Shown here: positions 27,843 to 40,531 of the stretch, piece after piece | How positions within the stretch are numbered: position 1 is the stretch's first letter | Layout: the number at the start of each line of letters is the position of its first letter | Source of the DNA: Eledone cirrhosa | Lineage: Eukaryota | Direction of reading: 5' to 3' | Assembly: GCA_964016885.1 (NCBI GenBank) | Contig: OZ024747.1 | Span: 5,828,001 to 5,892,000, forward strand | DNA: 64,000 nt | Translations under genes and position numbers: made by a program | The notes under the pieces: generated by a model | What the model saw: the letters and a program-made list of their open reading frames with translations, nothing else | Database searches by the model: none | What the model was told of the DNA's origin: nothing

Positions 27843-29204
27843 CTGTGTGTGTATGTATTGAACCTAACCTTGTTTCGTGGAAGTCGGTGGTTGTCTGAAA
27901 GTTGTGTGGAAGTCTGTTGTATGAACTGTAAATCTAATTGAAAGAGTCAGCTTTGTTTCACACAATGTCATGCTGTGTCTGCCTGTGGCTTACGTTAAGT
28001 GTACAAATGTCAGCGGAATACTCAACCACTTACAATATAATTCAACAACTACTTAGTCCCATTGATCAAACAACTGGAATATTTATTGTCTAAACTGACA
28101 AAGTATCTATTTACAATTACATGTGTGTGAGTGTATGGTATGTGTATGTGTTTGTGTATAAGTGGGTGTGTGGATGTATGAGTGTGTTTATGCGTGTGTG
28201 TGTGGTGTGTGTATCTGTGTGTGTGTGTTAGTGATGGACTACACGGAGACGTTAAAGTGTAAAACACTGTAGCGAAGAAGTGGAATATATTCATATTCAG
28301 TGATTTATGTCTGAAGATAGAGAAAATATTGGCGTCAATCGTCGAAATTGAAAGCTGTATGAATTCTTGAAATGAATATCACTGCTATGTATCAAATATT
28401 TCCATCATCTCCGTCGCGAATTAAGAGTCAAATACCTCGTAGATATGGCCGTGGCAATCATCTTGTTCCCAGTTCGATCTATAGCTCCAGATCAATCCAA
28501 GATTTGTGGGGAAATTTATATATAAGAAAACTGTGGAATACCATAACTGTTCTAAGTGGGTAGGTTTTATCAATCCGCTGATTTTGCATTCTCACCAAAA
28601 TGTGTCTTTGGTAGAGTTTATTTTAAATAATAATAATTGTTTCTACGTTAGGCACAAGGCCAGCAATTACCCAGTGTATTACTGGTACTTTATTTTATCG
28701 ACCCCGTAAGGATGAAAGGCAAAGTTAACCTCGGTGGGATTTGAACAAATAATAATGACAATTATTAGGAACAGTGCTCAGGTGCACTACAACTCATCAA
28801 AGGTGCATGTATAGTACATAGAATAATGTACAAATGTCATATGTATTGTACATTTTGTTGAAAGCATTTGGACAGTGTCTCTTCTATTAAGATAGACATG
28901 TTACTGTTAACTCCAATACCAATATATTGTTTGTTGTCAAGAAACTTAAACCTTATTTATCCATTTCTAAGTTTATATTGCACTAGGTTGCTAGTTGGAG
29001 TACTGGAAAATTGTCGAGTGTTTTCTTATATAGTACGGTGTTAAAGTAATAAACATAATAGGTTAAACATATGCGCACATACACACACAGAACCACAGTA
29101 TATTTACACATTTTGTCTCCTTGCGTATTTAACCATCAATTTTCCCTTCCATCTAATACACACTTTCTTTCTCCTTCTAACTGTTCCAATCTGTTAATTA
29201 TCAG

Positions 29205-29276
29205 GAACCTGAAGAATAACAAGATCGCCCACATTGAGGACAATGCTTTTAGCAACCTCAACAACCTCCAAGAACT
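29205..29276 (+). CDS. slit: Slit exon 12, D3 LRR
   Basis: atcag|72 nt|gtgagt; NLKNNKIAHIEDNAFSNLNNLQEL. Confidence 0.94.
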
Positions 29277-30560
29277 GTGAGTATCTTTAATTAAACATTA
29301 CTTTCATGCTTTGCTTGTTCTTTTTAATCCATTTACTTGCCATGATATTTTCAAATATTAAACTTTAAAAAAATTTTTTTTAATTTAAAAAATTAAATTA
29401 AAAAAAAAAAATTCAAAGCCCAGAGTCAATCAGACCAGTTTTATCCATATTTTATTGTTATTAAGTGATTGAGAATATAAGGCTTACCCCTGGAAAAGCC
29501 GTTAGTCCATCACAGAGTGAACTCCCAGCAAATGCTGGTAATCATTCTTGTTTTAGCTGGGTGGATTGAATCAACATCTGGTACTCATTTTCAGCTGAGT
29601 ATACCGGAGCAATGGGAAATGAAATGTTTTACTGAAGAATACGACACAGAACCCAGTCCAGGAATTGAACCATAACATTATGATCATAAGTCAAACTCAC
29701 TTACCACTAGGTCACATGCCTATTTGGTACTTACAGAGTATTTCAACAGTCAAGTCATCATCTGACAACCATCCTATGGGAAGATTAACTATGGACGTGC
29801 AATCGGGCAGCATGTGGAACCTTCTCGAAGGAGTCCACCGCATCTTAGTAAGTAACGCAACTGGACAAACGTTTACCAAACTGTGGGTATAATTTAACAA
29901 ATTTAAAGAGGAATGGTGCAATAAAATGGGCCCCGAGGCGTGTGCGTGTTCACTGGCAACCCTAAACGAAAGGGTCGCCATCAGTTATTTCAAAGGCCCT
30001 TAAAAGGGCCTTGTAAGCCGTTCACTGACACTCCAGTAAGGAGGGGTAACCATCAACAATTTCAAGTGGTAGCCCTAAAAAGGGCCATGTGAACGTTCAC
30101 TTGTAGCCCTTAATAGTGACTTTGACTGCGTTCTCTGACATTTGAAGGAGGGTGTTACAGTTGCTTCCACTGGTAGCCTTTAGAATGAATCAGAATGCAT
30201 TCGCGGCCCCTTCCACAGCCATACATTGACGCGCCGAGTGCGATGCAGACAGCTAGACATACAGACAGATATTATAAGGGCTCGACGTTATATGTATGTA
30301 TCTATCTAAAAAGAGAAAGACTAAGAATTATAGAGAGAGATCGCTAAAAGGCCTAATGTGGTCCCTAGAGCATTGAAAATTTGAAATTCTTTGCTCAGAA
30401 CACTCCCTGAAATGTAAGTATTACATGTGTAAAGTTTGAAAACAGTCAGTTTGGTGGTTCTCGAGTTTTAGGGATTCGAACTCACACACACACAGACAGA
30501 CATCCTCAGTTTTATATATATAGATAATATATATAACATAATATTTTTTATGCTTCACAG

Positions 30561-30632
30561 GATTCTCACGGCCAACAAACTGACTAGACTTAATTCGGCG
30601 ACCTTCAAAGGACTGTCAAATTTAAGGATATT
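30561..30632 (+). CDS. slit: Slit exon 13, D3 LRR
   Basis: cacag|72 nt|gtaagt; ILTANKLTRLNSATFKGLSNLRIL. Confidence 0.94.
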
Positions 30633-30649
30633 GTAAGTTTCATTAAGCA

Positions 30650-31305
30650 CATCTCCATTTCTACATCTGTATCTCCATTTCTACATCTGTATCTCCATTT
30701 CTACATCTGTATCTCCAATATTACATCTGTATCTGCAATATCACATCTGTATCTGCAATATTACATCTGTATCTCCAATATTACATCTGTATCTCCAATA
30801 TTACATCTGTATCTCCAATATTACATCTGTATCTGCAATATCACATCTGTATCTGCAATATCACATCTGTATCTGCAATATCACATCTGTATCTGCAATA
30901 TCACATCTGTATCTGCAATATCACATCTGTATCTCCAATATTACATCTGTATCTCCAATATTACATCTGTATCTCCAATATTACATCTGTATCTCCAATA
31001 TTACATCTGTATCTCCATTATTACATCTGCATCTGCAATTTTACATCTGTATTTCCATTATTACATCTGTATCTCCATTATTACATCTGTATGGAGTCGA
31101 ACGCCATGCTTTCCAGCATAGTTACATCCCTTTACGATCTGAGTTCAAATCCCGCCGATGTTGACTTTGCCTTTCATCCTTACGAGGTCGATAAAATAAA
31201 GTACCAGTAATGCACTGGGTAATTGCTGGCCTTGTGCCTAAAGTAGAAACAATTATTACATCTGTATCTGCAATTTTACATCTGTATTTCCATTATTACA
31301 TCTCT
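30650..31305. repeat. 20-bp minisatellite (ttacatctgtatctccaata) interrupted by a SINE A copy at 31093-31255
   Basis: Tandem units; attattacatctgtat is repeated on both sides of the SINE. Confidence 0.9.
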
Positions 31306-31328
31306 CTTCTTCATTTTCTCTTCAACAG

Positions 31329-31400
31329 GAATTTACCATTCAACAGAATTGGCTGTGTCAACAATGATACCTACAACTCGCTCACAAACCTGAGATTTTT
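31329..31400 (+). CDS. slit: Slit exon 14, D3 LRR
   Basis: aacag|72 nt|gtaagt; NLPFNRIGCVNNDTYNSLTNLRFL. Confidence 0.94.
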
Positions 31401-31535
31401 GTAAGTTTCTTAACTTTCACAATTTTTCATTTCTTTTTCTTTGTTGTTTATATATCACTCACTCTCCCTCTTGACCGAAATACCTGATACTCTGGCAACA
31501 TTTCTTTTAATATTTCTCCTCCTTCTTTTCATTAA

Positions 31536-31617
<82 letters not shown>

Positions 31618-31642
31618 TCTATCTATCTATCCATCTATCTAT

Positions 31643-31685
<43 letters not shown>

Positions 31686-31833
31686 GCGTTGAAACGTCCA
31701 AGACCCCCAATAGATAACTGATAATTTAATTTTGGTTATATATGTATATGTATGTATATATATAAATGCGTGTGTGAAATGTGTTCATCTTAAGTCTGGT
31801 TCCATAACAATATATTATTTTTCCTTCAACTAG

Positions 31834-31905
31834 GTCCCTCTTTGACAATGAAATCCGCTGTATAATGGAAAGTTCATTTAGTAAACTACACTACATGTCT
31901 ACACT
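31834..31905 (+). CDS. slit: Slit exon 15, D3 LRR
   Basis: actag|72 nt|gtaagt; SLFDNEIRCIMESSFSKLHYMSTL. Confidence 0.94.
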
Positions 31906-32218
31906 GTAAGTAACATTCACTTCTTTTATACATTTTCCTATCATCAATGCACAACACAATTTTTTTATATTATTAACCAACATTCTATTGCACATTACTT
32001 CAGCAACAAGTTTCAGTGATGCATCTTTTCTTCATAAGTCCCAGTCAAGTCCCAGAGAAATATAATACTATAATAGTAGATTTTATTAAAACATATTTAA
32101 AAAACATCACCTTTAATTTACATATATTCTAATTTTATTTATTATTTTGTTATGTATTGTCTTTCATTTGTTTTTATTCCTCTCACCTTTACCATTCCAA
32201 TCAACCAACACCAATCAG

Positions 32219-32382
32219 GAATCTAATGTCCAACCCCTTTAACTGCAACTGTCACCTGGCATGGCTACCATTATGGCTAAAAAACAAGAACTTTGTTACG
32301 GGTCACTTAACTTGCCTGACGCCGCACAACCTGAAAGATTCTCCCATCATTGGACATACGGCATCAGAATTCGTTTGCGAAG
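32219..32382 (+). CDS. slit: Slit exon 16, D3 LRRCT
   Basis: atcag|164 nt|gtaag; NLMSNPFNCNCHLAWLPLWLKNK...EFVCE. Confidence 0.95.
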
Positions 32383-32519
32383 GTAAGAAACAAGAAATAT
32401 CTCTTCAGTTCTTTCGAAAATATTGAATTTTGGGTTCATTTAGAATGGCAGAATGAGTAGAGCATTTTCCAATATTTACTTACTGTACATCCCTGCACTT
32501 ATTGGGTTCGAATTATATA

Positions 32520-32820
32520 GAGATCATCATCTTCTTCTTCAGAGGGTCGTGGGGGCAAAGTCCTCGAACATTCCTTCCAGTAGGTCTTGTCAGAAACAAC
32601 CATCTCCAACTGATCCAGCTGGATCTCCAAGTGAGACTAGCCGAGTACATGGATGTTATCCAACCATCTTGCTCAGGTCTACCCCTGGGTTTTCTACCAG
32701 TTGGTTTTGCCCATAAAATCTGTCCAGCAATTCTACCCACATGCCCATAGTATCAGAGCTGTGATCTTTCAACTCAAAGAAGTAGTGGCTCTACCTGGAG
32801 TGACTCTTTGATCTCCGAGA
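32520..32820 (-). mobile_element. RTE-like LINE 3' remnant (related pieces at 3960-4250, 9580-9670, 50355-50440)
   Basis: Minus strand reads ...RIAGQILWAKPTGRKPRGRP..W, an RTE-type C-terminus; (AAG)n tail. Confidence 0.6.
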
Positions 32821-33026
32821 TAATTTTGTTTTTCATTCTTCAGTAAGAAGAGGAACAATTTGCAGTCATGTTCCTAAGATCAAATAATTGGACTAAAGCG
32901 TTCTTCACAGATCTTGGAGTTCCAAAGTTATAATTCATTATTGTTCATATATTCACTGTGATGTATAGGGAAATAAAAAGACATTTAGTTACATAATTTT
33001 ATTTTCTGAGTTCAAAACACTCAAGG

Positions 33027-33083
<57 letters not shown>

Positions 33084-33084
33084 T

Positions 33085-33270
33085 TTATCCAGGGTTCAAT
33101 CGGGGGTAACCACAGTAAGTAAGGTGCTCGATACAAAGCAGTATAAATATTTAATATAGAAAGGGCTTCTATAGGACTAGAACTGTTTCATTCAGGAGAA
33201 ATCATCAGGATGATGATTTCTCCCAAATGAAACAGTTCTAGTTCTGTAGAAACCTTTTCTATATTAAATA
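33085..33270. mobile_element. Fold-back module with two head-to-head damaged copies of the 1664-type hammerhead
   Basis: Inverted arms at 33148-33270 join inside the CUGAUGA core. Same family as 1664-1800 and 41826-41952. Confidence 0.7.
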
Positions 33271-33286
33271 GATATATATATATATG

Positions 33287-33366
<80 letters not shown>

Positions 33367-33438
33367 CCCCTCCCCTCTCTAAACACAGCTCGCTATTTCT
33401 CACATTCTCAGCTATTCATATTATGTTTTTCTTTGCAG

Positions 33439-33504
33439 CAAATGTTAATGTGGAGATGGGATGTAACATTGCAAGACCAGCATGTTGTCCATCTGCAGCT
33501 ATGG
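33439..33504 (+). CDS. slit: Slit exon 17, extra Cys-rich D3-D4 linker exon (symmetric, possibly cassette)
   Basis: tttttctttgcag|66 nt|gtaagt, phase 1-1, open in the Slit frame; ANVNVEMGCNIARPACCPSAAM. Confidence 0.75.
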
Positions 33505-33520
33505 GTAAGTTGTTATATAA

Positions 33521-33566
<46 letters not shown>

Positions 33567-33668
33567 ACGGCAAATATTGACACATTTTTCCCACATAGGA
33601 AAAGCGGAGTATATTTAGAATGAGAAAATGCGAAGTAGTTTCAGATGTTAAAGTCCTTTATTGGTAAT

Positions 33669-33743
33669 GCTGTGATACATATTTCAATGACGACAATGTC
33701 CACACGATTCTGTGTACCCAATGCTGTGACATCATCAGACAGC
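33669..33743 (-). ncRNA. Hammerhead ribozyme, long imperfect stem II
   Basis: GCUGU-CUGAUGA-UGUCAC...GUCAUU-GAA-AUAUGUAU-C^-ACAGC; AUC triplet. Confidence 0.75.
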
Positions 33744-35154
33744 TTCTTACATAATAAGGTTACGTTCCCATGGTAATCCAAACAGAAACAACAAGGGAGC
33801 GGACAAAGCGTGTGTTCTTGAATCGCCTGATAGTGATGTCTTCATTTACCATATGTAACATTGTCTAGATTGCAAAAAACCTACCTCAAAACGTTGACCT
33901 TTCCAAAACCAGACGTGTATATGATTTTACGGCTCCCTTCCATCTAAAACTAACCTTTGTACCTGTCCTGAATAATTATTTTCATTACAATTCTGATTCC
34001 CCAAGTTCTTTCTATAATTTTGCTATTTAGTTAGGACTGGGTTCTGTAACAAACAAATCCCAAAGGTCATCTGTCTAAAATATTTCAAATATTTCATTCA
34101 GTTTAATGTTTCTCATCAAAAGTTGAGATCTACATAGCAAAATTATAAAATTGTAATATCATAAAATTAAATTGTTTAGAACACCAACTACAAGTGAAGT
34201 CATTCTTTTCCTCTTTTCCAATATACCTAACTGTACCAAGGATTTCAAACATTTTTCAATATATATATCATCATCATCATCATCATCATCATCATTTTAC
34301 GTCCGCTTTTCCCTGCTTGCAAGGGTGGGACGGGTCTTATTCAGCACAGCATCTCTCCACTCGTCACGGTCCCTCGTCATCTCCACCGTGAGCTTCAATG
34401 ATCTGAGGTCTATATATATATAGAAAAATGTTTGAAATCTTTGGTACAGTTAGGTATATTGGAAAAGAGGAAAAGAATGACCCCTGGTGTCACGCAGTAA
34501 TACAGAAGACCCGACCCCCCCAAAGGAACAAACCGAAGCTGAAGCATATAGACAATATGCCCCCACACCCTCCCACTGCAAAGTGGTCGTGGATGTGCCA
34601 TGGAAAACAAGCACCCAGCCCACGCTGTAAAGTGGACATGTAGGCGCCACAGAAAAAAGCACCCAGCACTCACTGTAAATGAGGTTGGTGTTAGGAAGGG
34701 CATCCAGCTGTAGAAATCAAGCCAGAATCAGTTCCCGTATGAGCAAGACAAGGCCAGCCGACAACAGGACAACCCGTCTAACCCATGCTAGCATGGAAAA
34801 ATGGATGTAAAACGATGATGATGATGATATATATATATGAACAGTTGATCAACAAGATCCCAGAATGCATTTGCTTAATGAACAGGATGGAACTCGTCAG
34901 ATCGGACCGAGGAAACAATGTTTCCATTGGTCTTTCCAATTGCTAAATATATATATATATATCATCATCATCGTTTAACGTCTATCTTCCATGTTAGCAT
35001 GGGTTAGACAGGAATTTTCCCACTTGAAGCAAGGTTGGTTGGGTGACTGTGTCTCACTCGTATAAGACTATATAGCAGGTTTTCTACAGCTGGATGCCCT
35101 TCCTAACACCAACCACATTTACAGTGTGGACTGGGAGCTTTTTACCGTGTTACC

Positions 35155-35191
<37 letters not shown>

Positions 35192-35273
35192 GCAGTATAT
35201 ATATGCATATATTCACACACACTTTGATGATGATATAATAATACCCATTTTTTCCTTTCAAATGATTTTCCAG

Positions 35274-35406
35274 AGAAAATGGAGAACAGTTGTGACCCCC
35301 GGGCTTACTGCCCCCCAAAATGTGTATGTTCTGGCACAGTTGTACGTTGTATCAAGCAAGGGCTGAAGCACTTCCCTCGGGACATACCAATGGATACAAC
35401 AGACTT
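35274..35406 (+). CDS. slit: Slit exon 18, D4 LRRNT
   Basis: tccag|133 nt|gtaagt; [44 protein letters not shown]. Confidence 0.94.
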
Positions 35407-35671
35407 GTAAGTTACTATATCTGTTTTATATATATATATATATATACATACACATACACACTCATATACACATACTCACTGACTCATATTTATATATGCA
35501 TATGTATATATCTACATACAATACAAATATATATATTTACACATATTTGTATGTATACATATATATATATATATATGCACATATATATCACATATATATA
35601 TGAGTGTGTTTATGTGTTTCATTATTGTTATTTGTCATATAAAATGATTAAAAGTCCCCAATGACACTGTA

Positions 35672-35710
<39 letters not shown>

Positions 35711-38085
35711 ACCAAAATTATCAACATATGTTCCTCACCGGTTGACCAAATAAGGCTGGAAGCACGAAGCCATCTTGTATCGGTGTTGTATTCCCAGTTA
35801 ATCCACATATACACACACTCATGCATTTGCACTCATATATTTACACACTCACATACCCCCCCCCCCCCCACACACACACACACATACACATACATACATA
35901 CATACAAATTCTTGTGTATGGGTAACACGGCTGGAGTAGGCAAATTGTTGGCAGAGAAATTGATAGATAAAGTAATTAGTGTAGTCAGATTATGCTGCAA
36001 CAAATAAGCTTAGACTGCTTATAGGCAACAACACGACAGCAACTGTGACTTCTGCCTTCTGCACTCAAAGCAAGAAAGTGAGAGAATTTCTATGAGTTCC
36101 TGTTGAAGACTATCTCAATTACAGATGATAGTGACCTAGTTATGGCTGTTCTTGCATGCATATAGTACATGGTTATGGTACATTGACTGATGAGGGTTCA
36201 AGTTTGTTGAAGTGCTGTGATAAAATTGACCTACCTATTTGCACCACTTGTTATAGACTACCAGTGAGTCTATGTATTAGTGTCATATCTAATGACTAAC
36301 AAAGCTGTATCAACAAATACTACAAGAAATTATGGGTTTTTTTAATATAAATCTTTTATTTCAAATTATAATATAAAAAACAATGTTCTCATTTGAATAT
36401 TTGTAATAAATATCTTATCAATATTGTAATGAAGGGAAATTGGGGAATTTTACAAAATTCAAAGTATTTTTAAAGGAACTTTATTTTCTACATATAAGTT
36501 AAATACTCAAATATATAAATACAAATAAATAAAATATAGATAAATAAAATATAGATAACGTTATAGTTCAATTGGGAAAACACTATAAATATTTGCTTTA
36601 TCAATTCATTATTTAATTTGATTAGAATATTTGTTTGCTTTCCAAAGGATCCTGGGCAATACTTTTGCCATCTTATCTATGGTGTGGGTGAGATCACAGC
36701 TGAGATATACCACCTAGACAGAGGTTTCAAGTCTACCTTCTCCCTTCCTCTTCACCTCCATATCTTCCATACTTAGTGGTTTATTTTTTCCTGTTTATTA
36801 TGTAAAAAATATTTGTAAAGAAAAGAATTCTGAAGCAATTAAAAAAAACTACCTAAACAGAGTGATTCCACATAAATTATGACAACAAAGTGAAATGAGT
36901 CCATATTAACACCCCCCCCCCCCCCAACACACACTTCTACGAGGTGGTTACAAACACAAATAATCCTTACCATTCACTTCACATTTGCTTGCTAATGTAG
37001 ATATCACAATATGTTACAAACTCTCTCTTTCTCTCCTTCTCTCTCCCCTTCTCACTCTCCCCTCCCCTTCTCTCTCTCCCCTCCCCCGTTCTCCCCCCTC
37101 TCTCTCTCCTCTTTCTTTCTGGTTTGAAGCCTCCTTGAATGTAAGAAATTCTTAGTGTTGCTGCTGATGTTGTTGTAGTTGTTGTTGTACTAACACTGCT
37201 GTTGCTGTTGTTGTAGTTGTTGTACTGACACTGCTGATGCTGTTGTTGTAGTTGTACTGACACTGCTGATGCTGTTGTTGTAGTTGTTGTTGTTGTTGTA
37301 CTGACACTGCTGCTGCTGATGTTGTAGTTGTTGTAGTTGTTGTACTGACACTGCTGATGCTGTTGTTGTTGTTGTTGTACTGACACTGATGCTGCTGATG
37401 TTGTAGTTGTTGTTGTTGTTGTACTGACACTGCTGCTGCTGATGTTGTTGTTGTTGTACTAACACTGCTGCTGATGTTGTTGTTGTTGTACTAACACTGC
37501 TGTTGTTGTAGTTGTTGTAGTTATTGTTGGTTTGTTGTTGTTGTTGTACTAACACTGTTGTTGTTGTTGTTGTTGGTTTGTTGCTGTTGTAATAAATTTT
37601 TTGTTGTTGTTTCTGATTGTTGTTTTTATTGTTGTTGTTGTTACTTTGTTATTGTGGTAGTGGTGGTGGTAGTAGTAGTAGTAGTTGTTGTTGTTGCTTT
37701 GTTATTATTATTGTTGTCTTTGTTATTGATGTTGTAGTCTTTTTTATTGTTTTTGTTGCTGTGTTGTTTTTATTGTTATTTTTTATTGTCTTTATTATAG
37801 CTGTTGTCTGTTATTATTGTTGTTGTTGTTATCTTTACAATTATTGATGTTGTTGTTCATTGATTTTATCATTGTTGTTGTTGCTGTTGCAGTCGTCTGT
37901 ATTATTATTTGTTGTTGTTGTTGTTGCCAATATATTTTCCGTGTCTGTGAAAATCCTTCGATGAATGAATCAAAAGCCAACTCAAGACAACTTCCTTTTA
38001 TTTTAATGCTGATGATAGGGTTAATCTCTTCTGTAGCAAGATACTTCAGTAATGTTGGTGTAGTCACTGCCTCCTTCTCTCTCAT

Positions 38086-38610
38086 TCTGCCCATCTCTCA
38101 ATATTGTGAGCAAATGGGGGCCCATGCGCTGGCCACCCCTTTGCTCTGCCCATCTCTCAATATTGTGAGCAAATGGGGGCCCATGTGCTGGCCACCCCTT
38201 TGCTCTGCCCATCTCTCAATATTGTGAGCAAATGGGGGCCCATGCGCTGGCCACCTCTTTGCTCTGCTCATCTCTCAATATTGTGAGCAAATGGGGGCCC
38301 ATGCGCTGGCCACCCCTTTGCTCTGCCCATCTCTCAATATTGTGAGCAAATGGGGGCCCATGTGCTGGCCACCCCTTTGCTCTGCCCATCTCTCAATATT
38401 GTGAGCAAATGGGGGCCCATGCGCTGGCCACCTCTTTGCTCTGCTCATCTCTCAATATTGTGAGCAAATGGGGGCCCATGCGCTGGCCACCCCTTTGCTC
38501 TGCCCATCTCTCAATATTGTGAGCAAATGGGGGCCCATGCGCTGGCCACCTCTTTGCTCTGCCCATCTCTCAATATTGTGAGCAAATGGGGGCCCATGCG
38601 CTGGCCACCC
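38086..38610. repeat. 59-bp tandem repeat, ~9 copies
   Basis: Unit cccatctctcaatattgtgagcaaatgggggcccatgcgctggccacccctttgctctg; continues into a dispersed repeat also seen at 17612-17760. Confidence 0.92.
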
Positions 38611-39504
38611 CTCAGCCATGGCAGACAGGATAGAGAAGGTGTTTCCCTGGAGGATGGTGAGGGAGATGTGCTGGAAGGCCATTCCAGGCTCACACCTAGT
38701 ACACGTAGTAAAATGTCCAAGAGATGCTTGATGGCAATTGTAGAGAATGTTTAGTGAAGAAACCAGGCGAAAGAGGGTAAACTGTCCAAGTATTGGCCAC
38801 TTTCTCATATGTTTATAGTCAAGCCTGTGACTGTGGTGACTTCTGTCATTCTTGATTCACGGACCATATCCCTACACACTGTTATCGGGGTGGAGTTGGC
38901 TTCCCCCCTGTGTGAGATCTCCAGTGGCAATATCTTCTTCATCTTTCCCACAATGAGATAGCGATATATATTAATATATTACCTGAGTTATTATTTCAGT
39001 TAGATATTGTTGGATAAATTGAACCTAGGAAATAGAAGTTTCTTGCCAACAGAAGATATCCATTTGAAAACATACTGGATAAGAATTGTTTCTACTTTTG
39101 GCACAAGGCCAGCAATTACCCAGTACATTACTGGTACTTTATTTTATCGACCCCTATAAGGATGAAAGGCAAAGTTAACCTCGGAGGGATTTGAACTCGG
39201 ACCGTAAAGGGCCGTAACTCTATGCTGCAAAGCATAGCATCCGACCCTCTACCGATACTGCCAATAATGAGAGACAGAAAGAGAGAACACGAGAGAAGTT
39301 TTAGTGTATGTGTGGGGGGGAGGATCTTTTTCTATTTTCCGTATCTCACACCACGACCACCACTACCACCACCACCATCACCCCCCATAGCCACTATCAC
39401 CATCACTTCTCTGTGCACGAAATATCGTTTACGACCTTCCTCACGATATACAATCACCTATGCACCTGCATATTTTTTTTTCCTTTTTTATTTACTTCTG
39501 CCAG

Positions 39505-39573
39505 ATACCTGGATTTTAATAACATCACTGTTGTTCCCAGAGAGATCAGCCGCTTAACCAAGTTGACACAGCT
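39505..39573 (+). CDS. slit: Slit exon 19, D4 LRR
   Basis: gccag|69 nt|gtaagt; YLDFNNITVVPREISRLTKLTQL. Confidence 0.94.
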
Positions 39574-39810
39574 GTAAGTATAACACTCAAACGGACTATA
39601 TATATATCATATATATATATATATATATTAAACATACATAATTACATAATAGCATTCTACATTTGAGTAGTACTGGACCATCAAATCCATAAAAAGTTAT
39701 TAACATAGTAAGGATACTTTCATAGATAATGTATCACCGGAGAAGACCTGTCCCTGTTACAACTGGGTGATCAACACATTGTTATATAGACTTTGTAGAT
39801 ATATATATAT

Positions 39811-40153
39811 GGAGGCAAATGGCTTAGTGGTTAGAGCATTGGCCTTGCAATCGAAAGGTTGTGAGTTCAATTCTCAGACCGGGTGATGTGTTGTTTCCTT
39901 GAGCAAGACACTTTATTTCACATTGCTCCAGTTTACTCAGCTGTAGAAATGAGATGATAGGGACTGGGGTCCATATCACTCCACTGCAAAGTGGTCGTGG
40001 AGGTGCCACGGCAAAGAAAGCACCCAGCTCTCACTGTAAATGAGGTTGGTATTAGGAAGGGCATCCAGCTGTAGAAATCAAGCCAGAATCAGTTCCCGTC
40101 CCACCCTTGCAAGCAGGGAAAAGTGGACGTAAAATGATGATGATGATGATGAT
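39811..40153 (+). mobile_element. tRNA-head CORE-like SINE with RTE-derived 3' tail
   Basis: A box tggcttagtgg, B box gagttcaattc, CORE-like ccttgagcaagacacttta, then ttaggaagggcatccagctgtagaaa...ggacgtaaaa(tga)n as in the LINE 3' end. Confidence 0.7.
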
Positions 40154-40295
40154 ATAACCAAAGATTAATAGGGTTCGTTGATTACTCAACGGATATAGTT
40201 TTACAATAGATTAGAAGCACTCAACAGTGATTTTTCCTGGAGTTTTTAATATTATTCAAAATATTAACAAATGAAAATATTCTCATAACCAAAAT

Positions 40296-40369
40296 ATATA
40301 CTTTATTATATATATATTTCAAAGGTACTGTGTTGTTTTATCAGTACGTCCTCATCAGACAAAATATAT
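40296..40369 (-). ncRNA. Hammerhead ribozyme (left arm of fold-back)
   Basis: AUAUAUUUUGU-CUGAUGA-GGACGUACUG...CAGUACCUUU-GAA-A(UA)nU-A^-AUAAAGUAUAU. Confidence 0.8.
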
Positions 40370-40462
40370 GATTTGATATATGACATACCGCTACGGTCTT
40401 GATTATTCAATTCACGTATTGGCAGTACATGAATTGAATAAGCGGTATGTCATATACAAATC

Positions 40463-40531
40463 ATATATTTTGTCTGATGAGGACGTACTGAAAAAACACA
40501 GTACCTTTGAAATATATATAATAAAGTATAT
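40463..40531 (+). ncRNA. Hammerhead ribozyme (right arm of fold-back)
   Basis: AUAUAUUUUGU-CUGAUGA-GGACGUACUG AAAAAACA CAGUACCUUU-GAA-AUAUAUAU-A^-AUAAAGUAUAU. Confidence 0.8.
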
